NCBI GenBank assembly: GCA_026026165.1
Contig: JAPEUD010000016.1
Location: 310,001 to 374,000 of the forward strand
Direction of reading: 5' to 3'
Length of the DNA: 64,000 nucleotides
DNA from: Sarea resinae
Taxonomy: Eukaryota
Program-made: the position numbers and the translations under genes
Shown here: positions 25,423-39,369 of the stretch, piece by piece
Layout of the letters: every line of letters begins with the position of its first letter
How positions within the stretch are numbered: the stretch's first letter is position 1
Notes under the pieces: model-generated
Databases searched by the model: none
The model's input: the letters and a program-made list of their open reading frames with translations, nothing else
What the model was told of the DNA's origin: nothing

Positions 25423-28400
25423 TCACTTTGTTGTGATTGCCGTCATCCACTTCTGTTCGTCTTTCCTGTAGAAGCCATTAGAGAAAACTCGAAGAAGAAC
25501 AAAATCGTCGGCGGTGTATACCTGTCAAAGTGCAGCAGCATTCCCAAGACGGGAATAAGTTGCATCTGATGCTTTTTATCCTTTTGCTCCAAGAATTGCA
25601 ACAGAACATTCTTTAGGTACACATAGTCTATTGACCCACTGCCCACTCTGGCGTTTGCATCGTTCGTTGGCGTTAAGCCCCTGGATCTTGAGATAGGAGA
25701 CGTTATGCCAGAGCGCGAAGGAGAGGACTCGAGAGAGGATCGAATCGATTGAGCTTCAGAATCCCTACCCCTGGCCTTGGCGGCGTTGAAAGACTTTAAT
25801 TCCTCTCCCATAGCCTAAAGAGCTTAGTATCGCAATATAAGTGGAAGAAAACGCGGAGAGCAAATACCTTATTTGACTTCTGGAGTTTTTCGAGACGCTG
25901 TTGAGTCTCTTCCACTGAGCGACGTAGCTCGGCCTTTTGCTTTTCCAGCTCTCTAGCATGCTTTTCGCTCTCATCAAGGACATCCCGCAAATCGCTCATG
26001 GCTTGCCTGACCTCGCTGACTTCCTTGACCGACTGCTCCGCACGTGTCTCTAAGTCCTCTCGCCGCTTGCGCAAATCCTTCTGCGCAGCCTCCCAGTCTT
26101 CCTTTTCTTCCTCGGCCCTCTTCAGCGCTCTCTCAGCTTCACGGACTTTGCTCTTCAGGTCTTCGATTTCCCTTGCTCGTCTTCTTCCGATCGTGCTAGC
26201 CTCATCTTCAGCACGATCTCGTTCTTCAATCGCAACTTCCATCCGCTCCCTCATCTCCCGGACCTTCAAGTCGGCACGGCTCTCAACGTCGCTCAGGAGC
26301 CTTCGCATGGTTTCGCTCTCGCGACTGCGTTCACTCAACAACCGATGAGCATCCGCAAGTTCTTCCTCGAGACTCTCGCACCGTTCCGTGGCTTCCTTCA
26401 TTTGCATTGCGATTTCTGCGGTCTGATCCCTCATGCTGCCCATCAAACTCTGGGCGCTGGCATGCTGAGCGGTCTTCAACTCGATCTCCTCTCGAAGACC
26501 ATCAGCATCTCGACTCAACTTTGATAATTGCTCCTCTAGCTCTCGGACGCGTTCGCGTGAGCGGCTGGATTCTGCTGTCGCTTTAACAAGGTCTTTGTTC
26601 ATTGCCTCCTTTGCTTCTGCAAGCTGAACCCTTTCAGATTCAACCTTTTGAAGGTCGGCTTGAGCAGTGCGATTGCCTTCTTCCGCTTTCTGACGGCTGC
26701 CAAATTCTTGATTGACCCTCTCCTTCAACGCTTTGACTTCTTTCTCGCGAGATGTTATCCGCTCTCTCAATTCCCTAAGCTCGGAAGACAAGTCTCCCTG
26801 TTTCGACTCGAGGGTCCTGAGTTGCGCATCCTTGCGGCCGAGTTCTTCTTTGGCCAACCTGAGATTGGCTACTTCGCTCCGAAGGGAGATCAGTTCGGGC
26901 TGGGCCCTCTGGAGGATTTCTCGCAGATCGGTGAGATCTTTAAATCTGGACGCGGCAAGCTGTTGAGCCGCTGATAGGTCTGTTTGTAGTGCTGTCGCCT
27001 TGACCTTAAGATCATCAAACTCCGCACTAAGGTCTCTGTGCATTTGCTCCGAATCGGCAGTGCTGGAAGCGTGGGACGATCTAAGATCGACGATCTCCTT
27101 TTCCAATGCCTGAACGCTCTCTTCTAGAGCAGATTTCTCAGCCTGCAGAGTTTTGATATTGTCTTTAGCTTCTATATGATCTTGTCCAACGTTGATAAGA
27201 TCGTCCCTGAGACTCTCAATCTCCTCCCGTAACTCTTCTTCGTTCTTTGCCTTGGTAAGTAATCTATCAATAGAGGCATCCTTCTCCACGAGCTGCATGC
27301 GAAGCGCCCGGAGTTCTTCCCGAAGCTCCGTGACAACCCGATTAGTATCCAGAGAGGGTTCGAGTTCAGGTTCGGTTTTTCCGCTCGCCGGCGAAGCCTC
27401 TCGCTTCTCTACTTCCACAGCTATCTCACTAGTGCTTGGAGCCCCTTTCCCCCCCTTCTTCTTCTTTCTGTTCTTTTTCTTCCCTGCCGCTGCTGCTCCT
27501 TGCGGAACCTGGGATGCTGCTGGTGTTTCTTGCAGTGACGTGTTGGCAACTTGTGCAGGATCGTCAAGCTTTGGCGCATTTTGGGCGTCTTCCTTCAAGC
27601 GATCCTCTAACTGCTGCAATTGATTCTGTCTTTCGCCTAATTGCTGTGTCTTTGCCGTCAAGTCAGAGGAGAGCTGCTTTTTTGAAGCTTCGGCTTCATT
27701 CAGTTGATCTCTGAGCTCGTCAGTGATTCCAATGAGCGTATCAACCCGCTTCGAGCTTTCTGCTTTTGCCACTTCAAGCTTTGCTATCTCCGCTTCCAAT
27801 TCCTCTACTTTCACTCTCTGGCTACTCTCTGCATCCTCCAGAGCTTTGCTATGTTGTGCCCGCAGAGCTTCAAGCTCCTGTTCGGCCTGAGTGAGTGCCG
27901 ATTGAATTTTATTTCTTTCCTCTTTCGACGTTTCTGATTTCTCAAGCTCTTGGGAATAGTCTCTCTCCGCAGCTGCGAGCTTCTCCTTCAGCTCATTGGC
28001 GGCCTTTGTCTCCGATTTGAGCTGATCCTGAAGCTCACCTTCTCGCCGCTCCTTCGTTTCTCGTAGCTGACTCAATTCTCTTGTAGCACTTTCTAGAGTG
28101 GAAACCATGCTCTCGGTCGATTCTTGGGCAACGGCCAAGTTACCCTTGAGCGTTTCAACTTCGGCCTTTAAGCTATCGACTTCCGCTTCGCGATCCTTGA
28201 GCTCAGAGTTCAAGCGGGGAATTTCGTCATCATATGAGAAGAACTCCGTGCTCGTGCTCTCTGCCTTCTCTTCTAACTTCGGTTTCGCGGAGAAAAATGA
28301 CCTGCCAAATATGGATGAGGTTGGTGATTTAAGCGGCGGTGAAGGCAAAGCCTTTGCTGAATCAGTCGGGGGGATGACCTTCAAATCCTTGGGAGCCTTA

Positions 28401-29352
28401 GCACGTCCGTTTTCTGAGCTCTCGGCAGCCATGGAATCAGTAGCCGTAGATGGCGCAGTTGTAGAAGGTGCTGCCGTAGAAGGCGCGGTCGTAGAAGGAG
28501 TGTCTGGTAGAGCCCCCTTTTCTTTGTCCCTTCGTAATCCGCTGACCTCGTCCCAAGCATCCTTAGCGCTCTTTTCGGCTTCTTCTAGCTTCTTCTTGAA
28601 ACTATCTCGCTCGCCAGATACCCGCTTAAGCTCCTCCATCACCATATCCCCTCGCAAATTGAGTTGATTCAGATATTCAACGAGGGCACTAGGATCATTT
28701 ATTGAGGCGAGTGGAGTATTCTCTCGTAGAGTAGTTTCAAACGGTTCGATGGAGAGAACCCTAGAATGAGCAATACGGTATGATCGGAGTAGTTCTAGTC
28801 GGTGTGAGCAGGATGTTATTATCGTTGGGAACCACGACCACCCCACCTTGATACTTTGACTCAAGCTTATCCAGTTTCCGTAGCTTCACCCGAACGTCCG
28901 TAGGCAGCTCTGCGAGGTTTGGAGACTGGGGGGTGCTTGCAGGAGGGCTCTTGAAATCCCTCCCATCCTCCGCCGGACGTTTCTCCTTTCCCGCAGTATC
29001 ATTCTCCATTGCGGCAGACCCTTCCTTGGCTGGCCGCGGCGTACCACTCCTACTCAGGACATCATCGTCATCAATGACAAATTCTGGCTCGAACTCGGAC
29101 GGATCAGGGCCTTTGGCTGCTGAATCTTTCTCCCCATTCTCACCCGGTCTCCGCGTCGGAGAAAGGGGCCGCGAATACGATCGTCCGCCTAGAGATGCGG
29201 ATCGTGAAGGTGGCTGCGAAGCTCGTTGACGGGCTTGCTCTTCCGCGATCCTAGAATCTATAGCGCCTTTCAGACGCTTTGTAACCAATCAATGCATATC
29301 AGTCGAGGACGATCACCAACTCGCAAGTGAATGGTAGCCGTACCTGGAACAT
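25423..29352 (-). CDS. IMH1: GRIP-domain coiled-coil golgin (Imh1-like); about 5 exons
   Basis: 9-nt first exon MFQ then RLKGAIDSRIAEEQARQ; very long heptad-rich coiled coil; C-terminal GRIP DYVYLKNVLLQFLEQKDKKHQMQLIPVLGMLLHFD; final exon ending KWMTAITTK*. Confidence 0.88.
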
Positions 29353-29756
29353 ATTGACCGTCTAGCGGCCAATAGCAGCATCTGAAGAACAACGTATAAA
29401 TTATCAATGAAGCTATTGAAATGGATGCATGGCGAGGGCGGATTCACTTCGTGCGCACAAGAATAACGATGGGGAGATGAATGCTGATGTTGATGTGCTT
29501 TCAAGAGCTCTGGCAGCTCGAGCTTCAGTGTCCCAAAGCTGAGATGGCTTAGTCATCACGTGCGCATCACCAAGCCACGCGGTGACTATGACAACAACGT
29601 CAGGGCGGGCAGGGTAATCCTGCTCGAGTCCAGGGCATCCGCTATTCATCAAATACATGATCATCTGCTACAGTCGAAACCCTCTTGCTTTTTCCTCAGA
29701 TTTGGAAGATCATGTGCTCCTAGAAGACTGGTCTGGATTACCTTCATAGTACGAAG

Positions 29757-31129
29757 ATGGTGTCCTTCTGGCCATGGCGAGTCAGTAGAAGCACTTCCAA
29801 ATCGAGTACTATTCGACGCATAACGCTGATATACCAGTAATATTGCAGGGTGCCGACAATTCTCCAGCTTCCTTTGAGAAGTCCCTCTCCACTCTTTCCA
29901 CCAAGATCTCAGCAGCGTCAAGCCGACTGGACGTTTTCCGTCAACGATCGAGACGAATCAAAGCTCTCTGGACTTTGTACACGAGTTTCGCATATATTCT
30001 CTACTCCATTATCCTTGGGCTGGTGGTTGGATGGCGAAATTGGGGCGCCATAGAGTTCACAGCAGTCGCAGGCGGACCGGTAGTGTGAGTCCCCATGCTA
30101 TTAGTATCCAAAAGCATACTTGTTGATTAAGCATACAGGATATATGTAGTGCGACTCGCCCTGGCGACATACTATGAGTACCGGATTTCCAGAGTCGAGA
30201 GCCAGGTCGAAGAACTCCAGAAACAGAGGGAAACAACAATAGAGAAGCTGAAAACAGCGACAAAGTACAACTCTACGCAGCAACTGCTTGAGAAATACGG
30301 CGCTTCACCGCCACAACCTCGGACCCCGCCCAGCGGTCCATCCAGACGGAAGTCCGGAGCCACTCCAGGCTCTAACAGCACCCCCAGAGGAGGTAGAACA
30401 GGCGTTCCGCCCCCACCAACAGCAAACATCCAGCGCAGCCCTCTATCACTACCCGGCACACCACAAGAGAAACCCCTCCCCCGCATCCCACAGAACACGG
30501 GCACTCCTAGTCCCATAATCCGCCGACTTCCCGATGCACTACAGCCAGGAGAGCCTGAATTCGCACCGAACGCCTTCCCCGCGCCGCCACAGTATTCCGC
30601 ATTCCGCAGCGGTACCGAGGAGCCAAAATGGTACGACCGCATTATGGACGTGCTGCTTGGAGAAGATGAGACATTGCCTAAGAATCGTTTGGCTCTCCTA
30701 TGCGAGCATTGCAAACTTGTCAATGGCCAGGCACCACCTGGGGTCAAGCGCGTAGCGGACATAGGGAAATGGAGATGTGGCGGCTGTGGAGCATGGAACG
30801 GCGAAGAGAAGGACGCGAAGAAATTGGTGGCCGAGATTCGCGAACAGGCAGAAGAGATAGCGGGAGTGGGAGCAGTGGAGGATCCAGACGCGCGTATACC
30901 TCGACGATCATCTTTTCTGGAAAAAAGTGAACCGGAAGATGAGGACACTATTGTGCTTGATGTACCGCATCCAGAGGGCGTTGGTGAGACTCCTAGCGAT
31001 ATCGCCGCTACAGAGAAAACATCTGCAAGCTCGGCGAGTGAGGACGAGAGTGAAGGTGAACCAGAACCGGTACCGGCACCCAAACCAAAGCGTGGGAGAC
31101 CAAAGGGCGGCTCCAATAAGAGAAGCTAG
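29757..31129 (+). CDS. LNP1: Lunapark ER junction protein; 3 exons
   Basis: MVSFWPWR|GADNSPASFEKSLS; two transmembrane segments; LKTATKYNSTQQLLEKY; WYDRIMDVLLGEDE; zinc ribbon CEHC...NG...WRCGGC. Confidence 0.92.
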
Positions 31130-31582
31130 CGAGTGATTTGAATCAAGCCTCTTCTATTCTCAACCTACAAAATGCTCTGGCGCTAATAGCAATTATGCTT
31201 TGGGCTGTATCGAAGCCCGGCTACAGCTTCAAGAAACTTCAGTGAAACGTAAAGCACGATGCGTTGAAAAGTTCAAAGATCGATGCATGTGCACAAGTGC
31301 GGCAAAACACACCAAACGCATAAATCAATGAAGACGGAACGACATTATCACCCTGATAGTATTGCTGTTGCCTGATATTCTATCCTATCATAAGTTCAGA
31401 CCCACGCTAGCTGCTATTGTATTGTGCCGTCTAAGACGCACGCACCTAATCAAGATAACAGGAGTCTTTAAAGGCCTTCAGTCCGTAGACAAAAGCCATT
31501 ACACAGCTAAAAAAAACCAGAACGGATAGAGCAATGCCCAACGCCCAGACCCAATATCCGCGCACAATTTTAGACAAATTCC

Positions 31583-32936
31583 CTATCGATAGGTAAGCCG
31601 ATTCCGCGGAGTCTGCAGACCTCCAAGCGCAGGCATGCTGCTCGGTCCAGGCCCATTCTCATACCGGCTCTGGTAGGGCGTATAGAACTGATCTGGCTGG
31701 TAATGATGATGCGAGGGAGTTTGGGGCATGAAGGGCGTGGAGGGAGTCTGGGAATGAGCTTTGTTGCGGAAGAAGCCGAAAGCAAAGTTCGAGATGGCAA
31801 CACAGCCAAAGACAAGAACGAGCGAGAAGATCATAGCTTTATAGGAGATGGGCTCGATAAAAGAGTTGAATATTTCGGCGAACGTATGAGCGGAGACACG
31901 GGCACGGCCGACCATATTTGGGTCCTTGTTCATGCACTTCTCCCAGTTGTCGCAGACGGTTTCCATGGCAGGAACGCGGCTTGAGTGTTCGCATCTGTTA
32001 TCGACGTAATTGCGAGCACAGACGGCCATCTCGGCCAGGGTCTCAGCCGCTACTTCTTCGCTTCTCTTATCAACGTCTGAGCGGATTGTAGACCAGAAGG
32101 AGTAGACGATGTAGATGAAGAAGAAGACGAGGAAGACATTGAGCAGGAGTTGCGCGTAGAAGGAAAGGACGTGAGGGAGATTTGGATGTGTCTCGATGAA
32201 CCCGAATATGGATGAGAGAAATCCGCCATTCTGCGTATTCGGCGGTCCATTTCCCTCACTGCTATTGGGTCGCGATCTTTGGTCATCTTCAGAATCGGAT
32301 TCGAAGCTTGACCGACGGCTGGCAATCCGGTATTCCTTCTCTGCATCCCTTCTGCGTCTCTTATGGATTTTGCGAGCAATCACGTTAGTATATCGTCCAC
32401 GAGGTACCTCCCCTCGTCCCGGGCTTGCGCCAAATTTTCCAAATAACGGCGGCTTCTTCTCCTTGTTCTCGACGAAGCGAGTGAGTGTGGTCGAATCCCC
32501 CGTAGTCCTAGCCTGCTCCGGGGTGTCTTCATTGTCGGCATTTTCTGGAGAGGATGGATTCTCTGCACCAGATGAGAACATGTCTGTGTCGAATTTGCGG
32601 GGAGTGGTGAAAGAAGGATTACGGAAAGCGGGCGCTGGTTTGCTGGTTGGGGTCTGGGAAAAGAGATAGGAATGCGAGGCGGGCTCACGGAGAGCGGGAG
32701 CAGAAGACTTGGATGGCGAATCAAAAATGCTGTGTTGCCCTGCATGAGTGAACTTGTATTAGGTTGTTACTGATTACAGATGGTTGAGGATAGGTAGTCT
32801 TACGTTTCTTTGCTTGGCTTTCATCCTGGCTTTTGCGATGGCTCATGGCAAGCTTGTAGAACGGGGAGCTTTCATCAGCAGGCCCATGGGTCTGCCATTC
32901 AAAGTCCATCGGGCTTTCGTGAGAGCGGATGTCCAT
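31583..32936 (-). CDS. BRR6: Brr6/Brl1 nuclear envelope protein; 2 exons
   Basis: N-terminal ESPMDFEWQ; transmembrane segment, then four-cysteine lumenal domain (CARNYVDNRC...VPAMETVCDNWEKCM), SAHTFAEIFNSFIEPISYK and a second transmembrane segment. Confidence 0.9.
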
Positions 32937-34345
32937 GTCTTTTGCGATTTGATTGAGGTTCGAAGTATGGGAGAAGGTGAGAGCAAAATGCTTGTGGATA
33001 GCATGTAAGGCAGTGGAGGAAGAAGGTGGTAGGTAGGTGTAAACAAAAGCGCATCCGGTCGCACGGTTGTTGCAGCTCTCCTCGCTAAGGATCACCACAG
33101 ATAGCAACGCAGGGTAACGAGTCGGTATTAGCTTTCCGCACAAACCAAATGCTCTGAATTATCTGTATTCTCTACACTCAACACCATTCGCTTCTATTGC
33201 TGTAATCATCTCTTCATCCCTTACCTAGTTCTAGTGACCAAGGAAACTTCAATTTACCTAAATGCATATGCTTTCTTTCGAAGTGGAATTCTGCGCTTGC
33301 AACTTTTGCTTTGTAACATTTCTCTGATTCGAAAGCGTTGCGATCCGAGCCTTCATCTCATGTTGTTGAAGGTGCCTATTTACAGCTATCCGGATGAGTG
33401 CTGAAAGCCAGGTTCGTATTGCCTCACGGCGATCTCGACGGCCGGATTGATCATTCCGGCAAGCCGTTCATCTAGAAGCAGAAAGCCATGCACGACAGCA
33501 TCTTGGTACGATAACTTTAGGAGAGGGTCTTCCAGAAAGTGGACATGAAGTACGGATGGAAATTTACATTATTCGAGTTGGCGCCTAGTAGCATGCAAGG
33601 ACCATTCTCTGGACCCAAATGAAGGATTTCGTTGCGTCTGTAGATGCTGCTTGATGTCTCGAACTTGTACGAGCTTATAGCTAACGGCATTGTTTATTGA
33701 CACGAAGAGAACATGAAGGAGCATTCCTAGTCCCAGCGACAAATAGGAACAAGGAGTCTATGCCTCCGTCGGCCACGTCTCTATTTGCATGCGGTACCAC
33801 AGTCGACAGATCAAAACTCGCAGATCCTTTAAGGGCAGGGAATCACTCATGAGAGCAAAGTCGGAAATGCCAGATTCGAAGGGTCTCACTAATAAACTCT
33901 TCCGACTGTTGATACTCAGCATCAAGCCGACGCCTTCGAGCATGCTTTACCCAGTGGCATATCACGTATAGAATTCGTTCTCAGTACCGCTACCAATCAC
34001 TCTCCTAATTGGACCGGCGCTGCCTCCAATTTATAGTTGATTCCTAGTCCTATGCTAACAGCCTGACAACACATACGCTCACGGTTCGTCCGTTCATGGT
34101 ATACTAATGCATCGCAAATAGCAAGCGTCCATCGCAAAGCAGAAAACGCAAGAACAAGAAATCAAGTCCTCGAGCGCCAGCATCCTCGCTCCAAGCTCGT
34201 GTGAGCTAATGTGTCCAAACCCGATTATACAATGTCGCATCCCATGAAGCTCATAAAATTGGCCAGTTAAGAGCATCTCAACGCAGTCCTGTCATCCTGC
34301 ATTAGAGCCAGTTCGAGGCTGAGGTTCACGGGCCTCTCGAAGACT

Positions 34346-34989
34346 TCAAATCAACTCGAATCCATCGTCGGTGTCCGGCACGGATCTATGCTTCTGGCGG
34401 CGATCTGTCTCGTCCTCGGGACGCACGACCTCATACTCCTCTTTAACCAAACGCTCCGTCTCCTTCACCTCATATCGTTCAACAGCCTTGGCGAGGGCCA
34501 AACTCAGGATCTGGCTACCTTGGCCTGGGCCACGAGGAGCGTCATAGGAGTATGTGATCTCCGCGTCAGGTTCAGGTGCAGCAGATGCCTCGACGATATC
34601 ATCATCAGAAGAATCCGTGATGTTTCGCTCGTCCAGAACATCGTATTTACGAGCCATGTTAGCCCGATGCTCTACTTGGGCGATGGACTTGCCATTGCAA
34701 CGGCGAACAGCGGCATTGACCCTAGTTTAGACGGTCAGTTCAAATCCTACACGTGTGATGGGGGCACGTTTGCAAGAGCGGTGCATCTCTAGCAGGGACC
34801 TTGCAGAGAGTCAACATACTTCTGTTGCGGATGCAATGGCCGGCGAAGTCCCTCTGGACGAGACGGGGATCCTCGGGCGACGGACCAGACCTCGCCCGCG
34901 GCCCACTTGTGCTTCTGATCGCTGTCTCGCTGATAGTCCACAGCAGCACTGCGGAGGTCTCCAGTAGAGAATGATTGCTCTGAAGCCAT
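34346..34989 (-). CDS. Small hypothetical protein (about 181 aa); intron 34722-34819
   Basis: ORF 34789-34989 (MASEQSF...HPQQK) splices via GTATGT..ACTGAC..TAG in frame into VNAAVRRCNGK...MARKYD...DGFELI*. Confidence 0.7.
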
Positions 34990-37011
34990 GATCGGACAAG
35001 ATTGCGCTTGGTTGGATTTAGAGATGCTGCGATAGACGATCGGATGCTCGAGGGTCGAAACGATGACGGATAGCTGGACGAGCGCTTAAGGATGCGAGTG
35101 CTGGTCGATCGAACTGCTTGAGGATCGGAGCCGACCACGGGAGATGTGGCGAGATTAGGAGTTGAGTTTGGTATACAGGAGTTGTTTGAGGAAGCTTGAT
35201 ATTGAAGATCAAATAAGAAGATGAGGTTGAGAGAATGGAGGATTATCGATATGAAGGGGTTTTGTAGTCACAAGGGAAGCAGCCAGGTGAGTGAGAGAGC
35301 TGGATGACGCGCGCAGACGAGGTCGGCTTGAGTCACAAGCGAAATGGCTGAACAGGGACCGTCGTTTCCGGAAAAGGGCAAGAGTGGCCGAGTCAATAAG
35401 AACAATACAAAGAAGTTGGACACGAGAGATCCTTTGTGAGTCGTAACGACTCTACCGTATATTATCGGAGTCAAAGCTGGTGATAGTAATATGGTGGAAG
35501 GAGGGGAGGATCGAGGATAGAGAGGATAGCAACTACCCTAAAGTAGTAGTAGAAAGGAGATACTAGGTAAGGTATGTACGTAGTAGAGGCGGCAGTACCT
35601 GTAGATAGCGAACAGGACGAGAGGGCCTTGCTCGGTTTCTCAGAGCTCCCATATTGCAGGCAAGTTGATGTATTCACCAGTAGTAAAACAGTAATAACGC
35701 TACATTACTAATACCTCCCGTCGTTGATGCATGACGGACTCCAGCTCTCAGTCGAGGTAGTAGTCATCGCCATCCCGTCGTCATCAGCATCGTTCGCATC
35801 GCCTTGCCTCGCCTCGCCCCAACAGGGGCGGGCAGCTGTTCTTGGAGGGGGAGCTTCTTCCAGGGCTACCCCCAGGGCCAGTACGGAAGTGGTACTCAGA
35901 GATACTAGAGTAAGACGGATATCCAGGCACGTGAACGCCGAAATGGTATGTGAATACATCGGGGCGTTTGGTATGCTCAAGTACTCATTACGTACCCAAG
36001 GTACTCCTGTCCTGATCAGCGGGCGGAGAGTCAGATGCCCCGCGCTAGGGATAACAGCAGCACCTGCAATCTCCAGCCGGATGCGATACGTACCGATAAG
36101 AGATGGCCATTTGGAGCGTCAACAAGAGCTCCAGCTTCAGCCCATCGTTTCCATATCCGGCATCATCTCGGCTTCCCACTTCCCACTTCCATCCTGCTGT
36201 GGGGGCAAGGCGCTTCGAGCGGAGAAAGATGGAGATGAGCCAGATACCTAGTAGGTACCTTAATTATGGTCGTGGATGATTGAATTCGATGGTGATCAAC
36301 GTCATCTCCCGTGATTTCTATTCCTGACTTTGACCTTGCTTGCTTGCCGGGCTGCTCTTGTCCTACTCTACTCGTACCGCAGCTTCATGTCCTCATAGAG
36401 TACGAAGTACTGCTTACTCCTCGTACCTGCTTGTCCGGAAAGGTATGTCTGTCGCTTTTCGGCTTGGATGCTCCCTCCCCCCCCCCAAAGTTTACTCCGA
36501 CATTCGTGCTGTTTACGGTCGAGCGTCCCCCATCTCCCCTTGCACAGTGACGTCCTTCCCCAGCCCGTGCCACGGACACTCCCCGAACTCCGTAAGCTTA
36601 CAGCTGAAAGTTTCCACACATTTGATCAGATTGCCATTGCTCCGTCGATGATTCTTGAAAGGGCGTGAGCGTCTCCAAGCCAACGAGAGACGCTAGCGGC
36701 CTTATCCGAGCTGGATCTTATCTTCGTCAGACAACAAGATCTGGCAACCTTCTATCTGACCTTGGAGTCAGGACGACTCTATGATCAGTTCTATCATGAT
36801 TAAGCCCTCTCTTTTTGAATTGTTCCTTGACAATAGAGCTTTTGATTTACGGATGCTCTTGATGAAGCCAATGAGGGTGTTAGCCAATTTGACATCTCGT
36901 TTAGTGCTCAGGACAATACATTACCTTTGCCTTTGATATTGTTTACGAATATATCACTGTCCTTGAGCAGAATATCTGGACATAGAGTGCGCGAAGTCTA
37001 TGCCTTGAACC

Positions 37012-38971
37012 ATGCGCTATCTCTTTTCCTTGCATTTCAATCGTTTTGTCCTTCCTTCAGTCGCCCCACTACCTCACCGAAGTCCACAGCTTGTCGCTCT
37101 TCCTCAAGCTCGTAGCATCCATCAGACAACGCTGCATCATATGTCCATGAAGTTCAACTCCCAGTATGATGAGTTCTACCGCTATACTAGTGGACGCTGG
37201 ATCTGGGACGAAGAGCAACAGCTTCACGATAGGTTCAGAAGATTCAACGTGCCAGAACTCCAGCGTGTCGCCGCCAGAAGCATCGGAGCGAGAATGTGCA
37301 CTGGTATCACTAAGTTGGCCGAAGGCTCATTCAACAAAGTATTTCGGCTCACTATGGACGACGGAAAGATTGTTATTGCCCGAATACCGAACCCCAATGC
37401 TGGACCTAGGTATTATACAACCGCCTCGGAAGTTGCGACAATGGATTTCGTATGAAAGCCAAGACCTCAGGCTGATCTATGACGATGGCCTTGTACATAC
37501 AGAAACTCTGCTAACACAGGGTATAGGTTCGGACGATACTCAAAATTCCCGCCCCAGAAGTTTACGCTTGGAGTGCGAGCACCGATGATCCAGTCGGTGC
37601 AGAATACATCATCATGGAAGAAGCCGCAGGGAGACAGGCGGTAGACACTTGGGATACATTGGAGCTCGAGAGCAAAGTTGCAATTATGAAGGAATTGATC
37701 TCAATCGAAAAGAAGCTGCTCTCAGTATGCCTCACCAGGTATTAGATAAGTTCTAGGTATCAGTCATATGGAAGATCGTTAACAGATGAATAGCTATGGC
37801 AACATATACTATAAATCCGACGCAATAGAAGGCTCTGTGGCCGCTGAAGTCATAGGCGACGCCTCGCCTCAGATCAAACGGGAGGTATCTGAGCGCTTTA
37901 CTGTCGGCCCTTCGGTTGAAAGGGACTTCTGGAGTAAAGAACGATCAGAAATGGAAATTGACCGTGGCCCATGTATGCTCATGATTCCTCGATGAGGATT
38001 CCCTCGCTCACAAGAATAGGGAACCACCCGCTGGCCTACATTTCTGCCATCGCACATCGAGATATCGCATGGATAAAGCGGTATGCCGTGCCCAGAGCGG
38101 CTGATGACCCACTCGCGACATCTTCTGCGCAAAATTCACCAAATGAGCACATTTCCATCCTGGAAAAATACCTTGCGGTTGCTCCATATCTTCTGCCAGC
38201 AGATCCAGAGCTTGCTAACTCCAATCTATGGCATAAGGACCTGCATTCGAGGAACATCTTCATCGAAAACGATTGTATCACAAGCATCATCGACTGGCAG
38301 AGCGTCTGGGCTGGTCCGTTGTTTCTGCAAGCTCGGCATCCAAAGCTTGTGGATCATCGGGGTGAAGTGATTTTGAAGCTTCCAACTAACTTTAAAGATC
38401 TCAAAGATGGCAAGAAAGCAGAGCTGAGAAGGCAAGTTGCCAGTTCTATCATCCTTCATCTATATAAGCTCTATACTGCGAAAATCAATCCTCGCTTGAA
38501 TAAAGTATATCGCGTTGAGCACGGGCGGACAAGGGGTGAAGCTATCTCTTTTGCTGGTGATACTTGGGATGACGACATCTTACCTTTTAGAGAGTCATTA
38601 GTCAGAATAGAAAAGTAGGCTCACCCCCTCCCTAACGTGAGCCCTTAGGAGAGATCCATTCTGGGATTGCTGACTGAGCAAAACATAGGTACTGGGATGA
38701 GTTGGGCACTAATGTTCCCTGCCCCATCCATTTTCCCGAGGAAGAACTGCGATCCCACTCAAATGATGCGGAAGGGTGGAACGAAGTTCAAGATTTCTGG
38801 GAATCTATTGCGGGACTTGTGACCCGAGATGGTTGGACTCCTTCTGACAGATACAGTGACGCTGTTGCTCTTTTCGCCGAGCTCAGAGAGAATGGCTTGA
38901 AGGCTATGAAAGGGAAGGAGAGAGAATCCTTTGAGAAAGAAACTCATTGGGCTAGCAAACCCATCGAATAA
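37012..38971 (+). CDS. APH/choline-kinase-like phosphotransferase (AIM9-like); 5 exons
   Basis: FYRYTSGRW, KLAEGSFNKVF, ARIPNPNAGP..TTASEVATMDF, VGAEYIIMEEAAG, catalytic HKDLHSRN and IIDWQ. All four introns restore the frame. Confidence 0.88.
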
Positions 38972-39369
38972 TCTCAGACGGGTTCACAATGTTGAGCATC
39001 TGTTTTATGAATTTTCGACTCACCCTGTAGGCTCTTAGGGGTATTAACAGGAGTTCGTGGCTTGCTTCGATGATCCCCCCCACCTCAGAGTGTGTTGGAA
39101 TCACTGTCGTTCGATACCTCACATCATTGATCGTAGTCCCCTGCAGATAACACTGGGCTATCAATGGATATGCCAACCTCTCAACCAGCAGACAATTAGA
39201 TCTTATAACTATACAGTGGAGAGGATGGCTCCACCTTTTAAGGTATTTGCGAGTTGGCCGCCTTGCTTTTTTAATTGCAGAGATCATCTATATGAGAAGT
39301 CAATGTATAGAACCAGAGGAGATATAGAATCCTTTATGAGGTTTTCACTCATGATAACAAATGTCTATA

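Noticed and set aside
30172..31116. 314-aa ORF antisense to Lunapark, and many similar antisense ORFs over the ABC, IMH1, decarboxylase and SLH1 genes
   Set aside because: Shadow ORFs explained by codon bias on the real coding strand.
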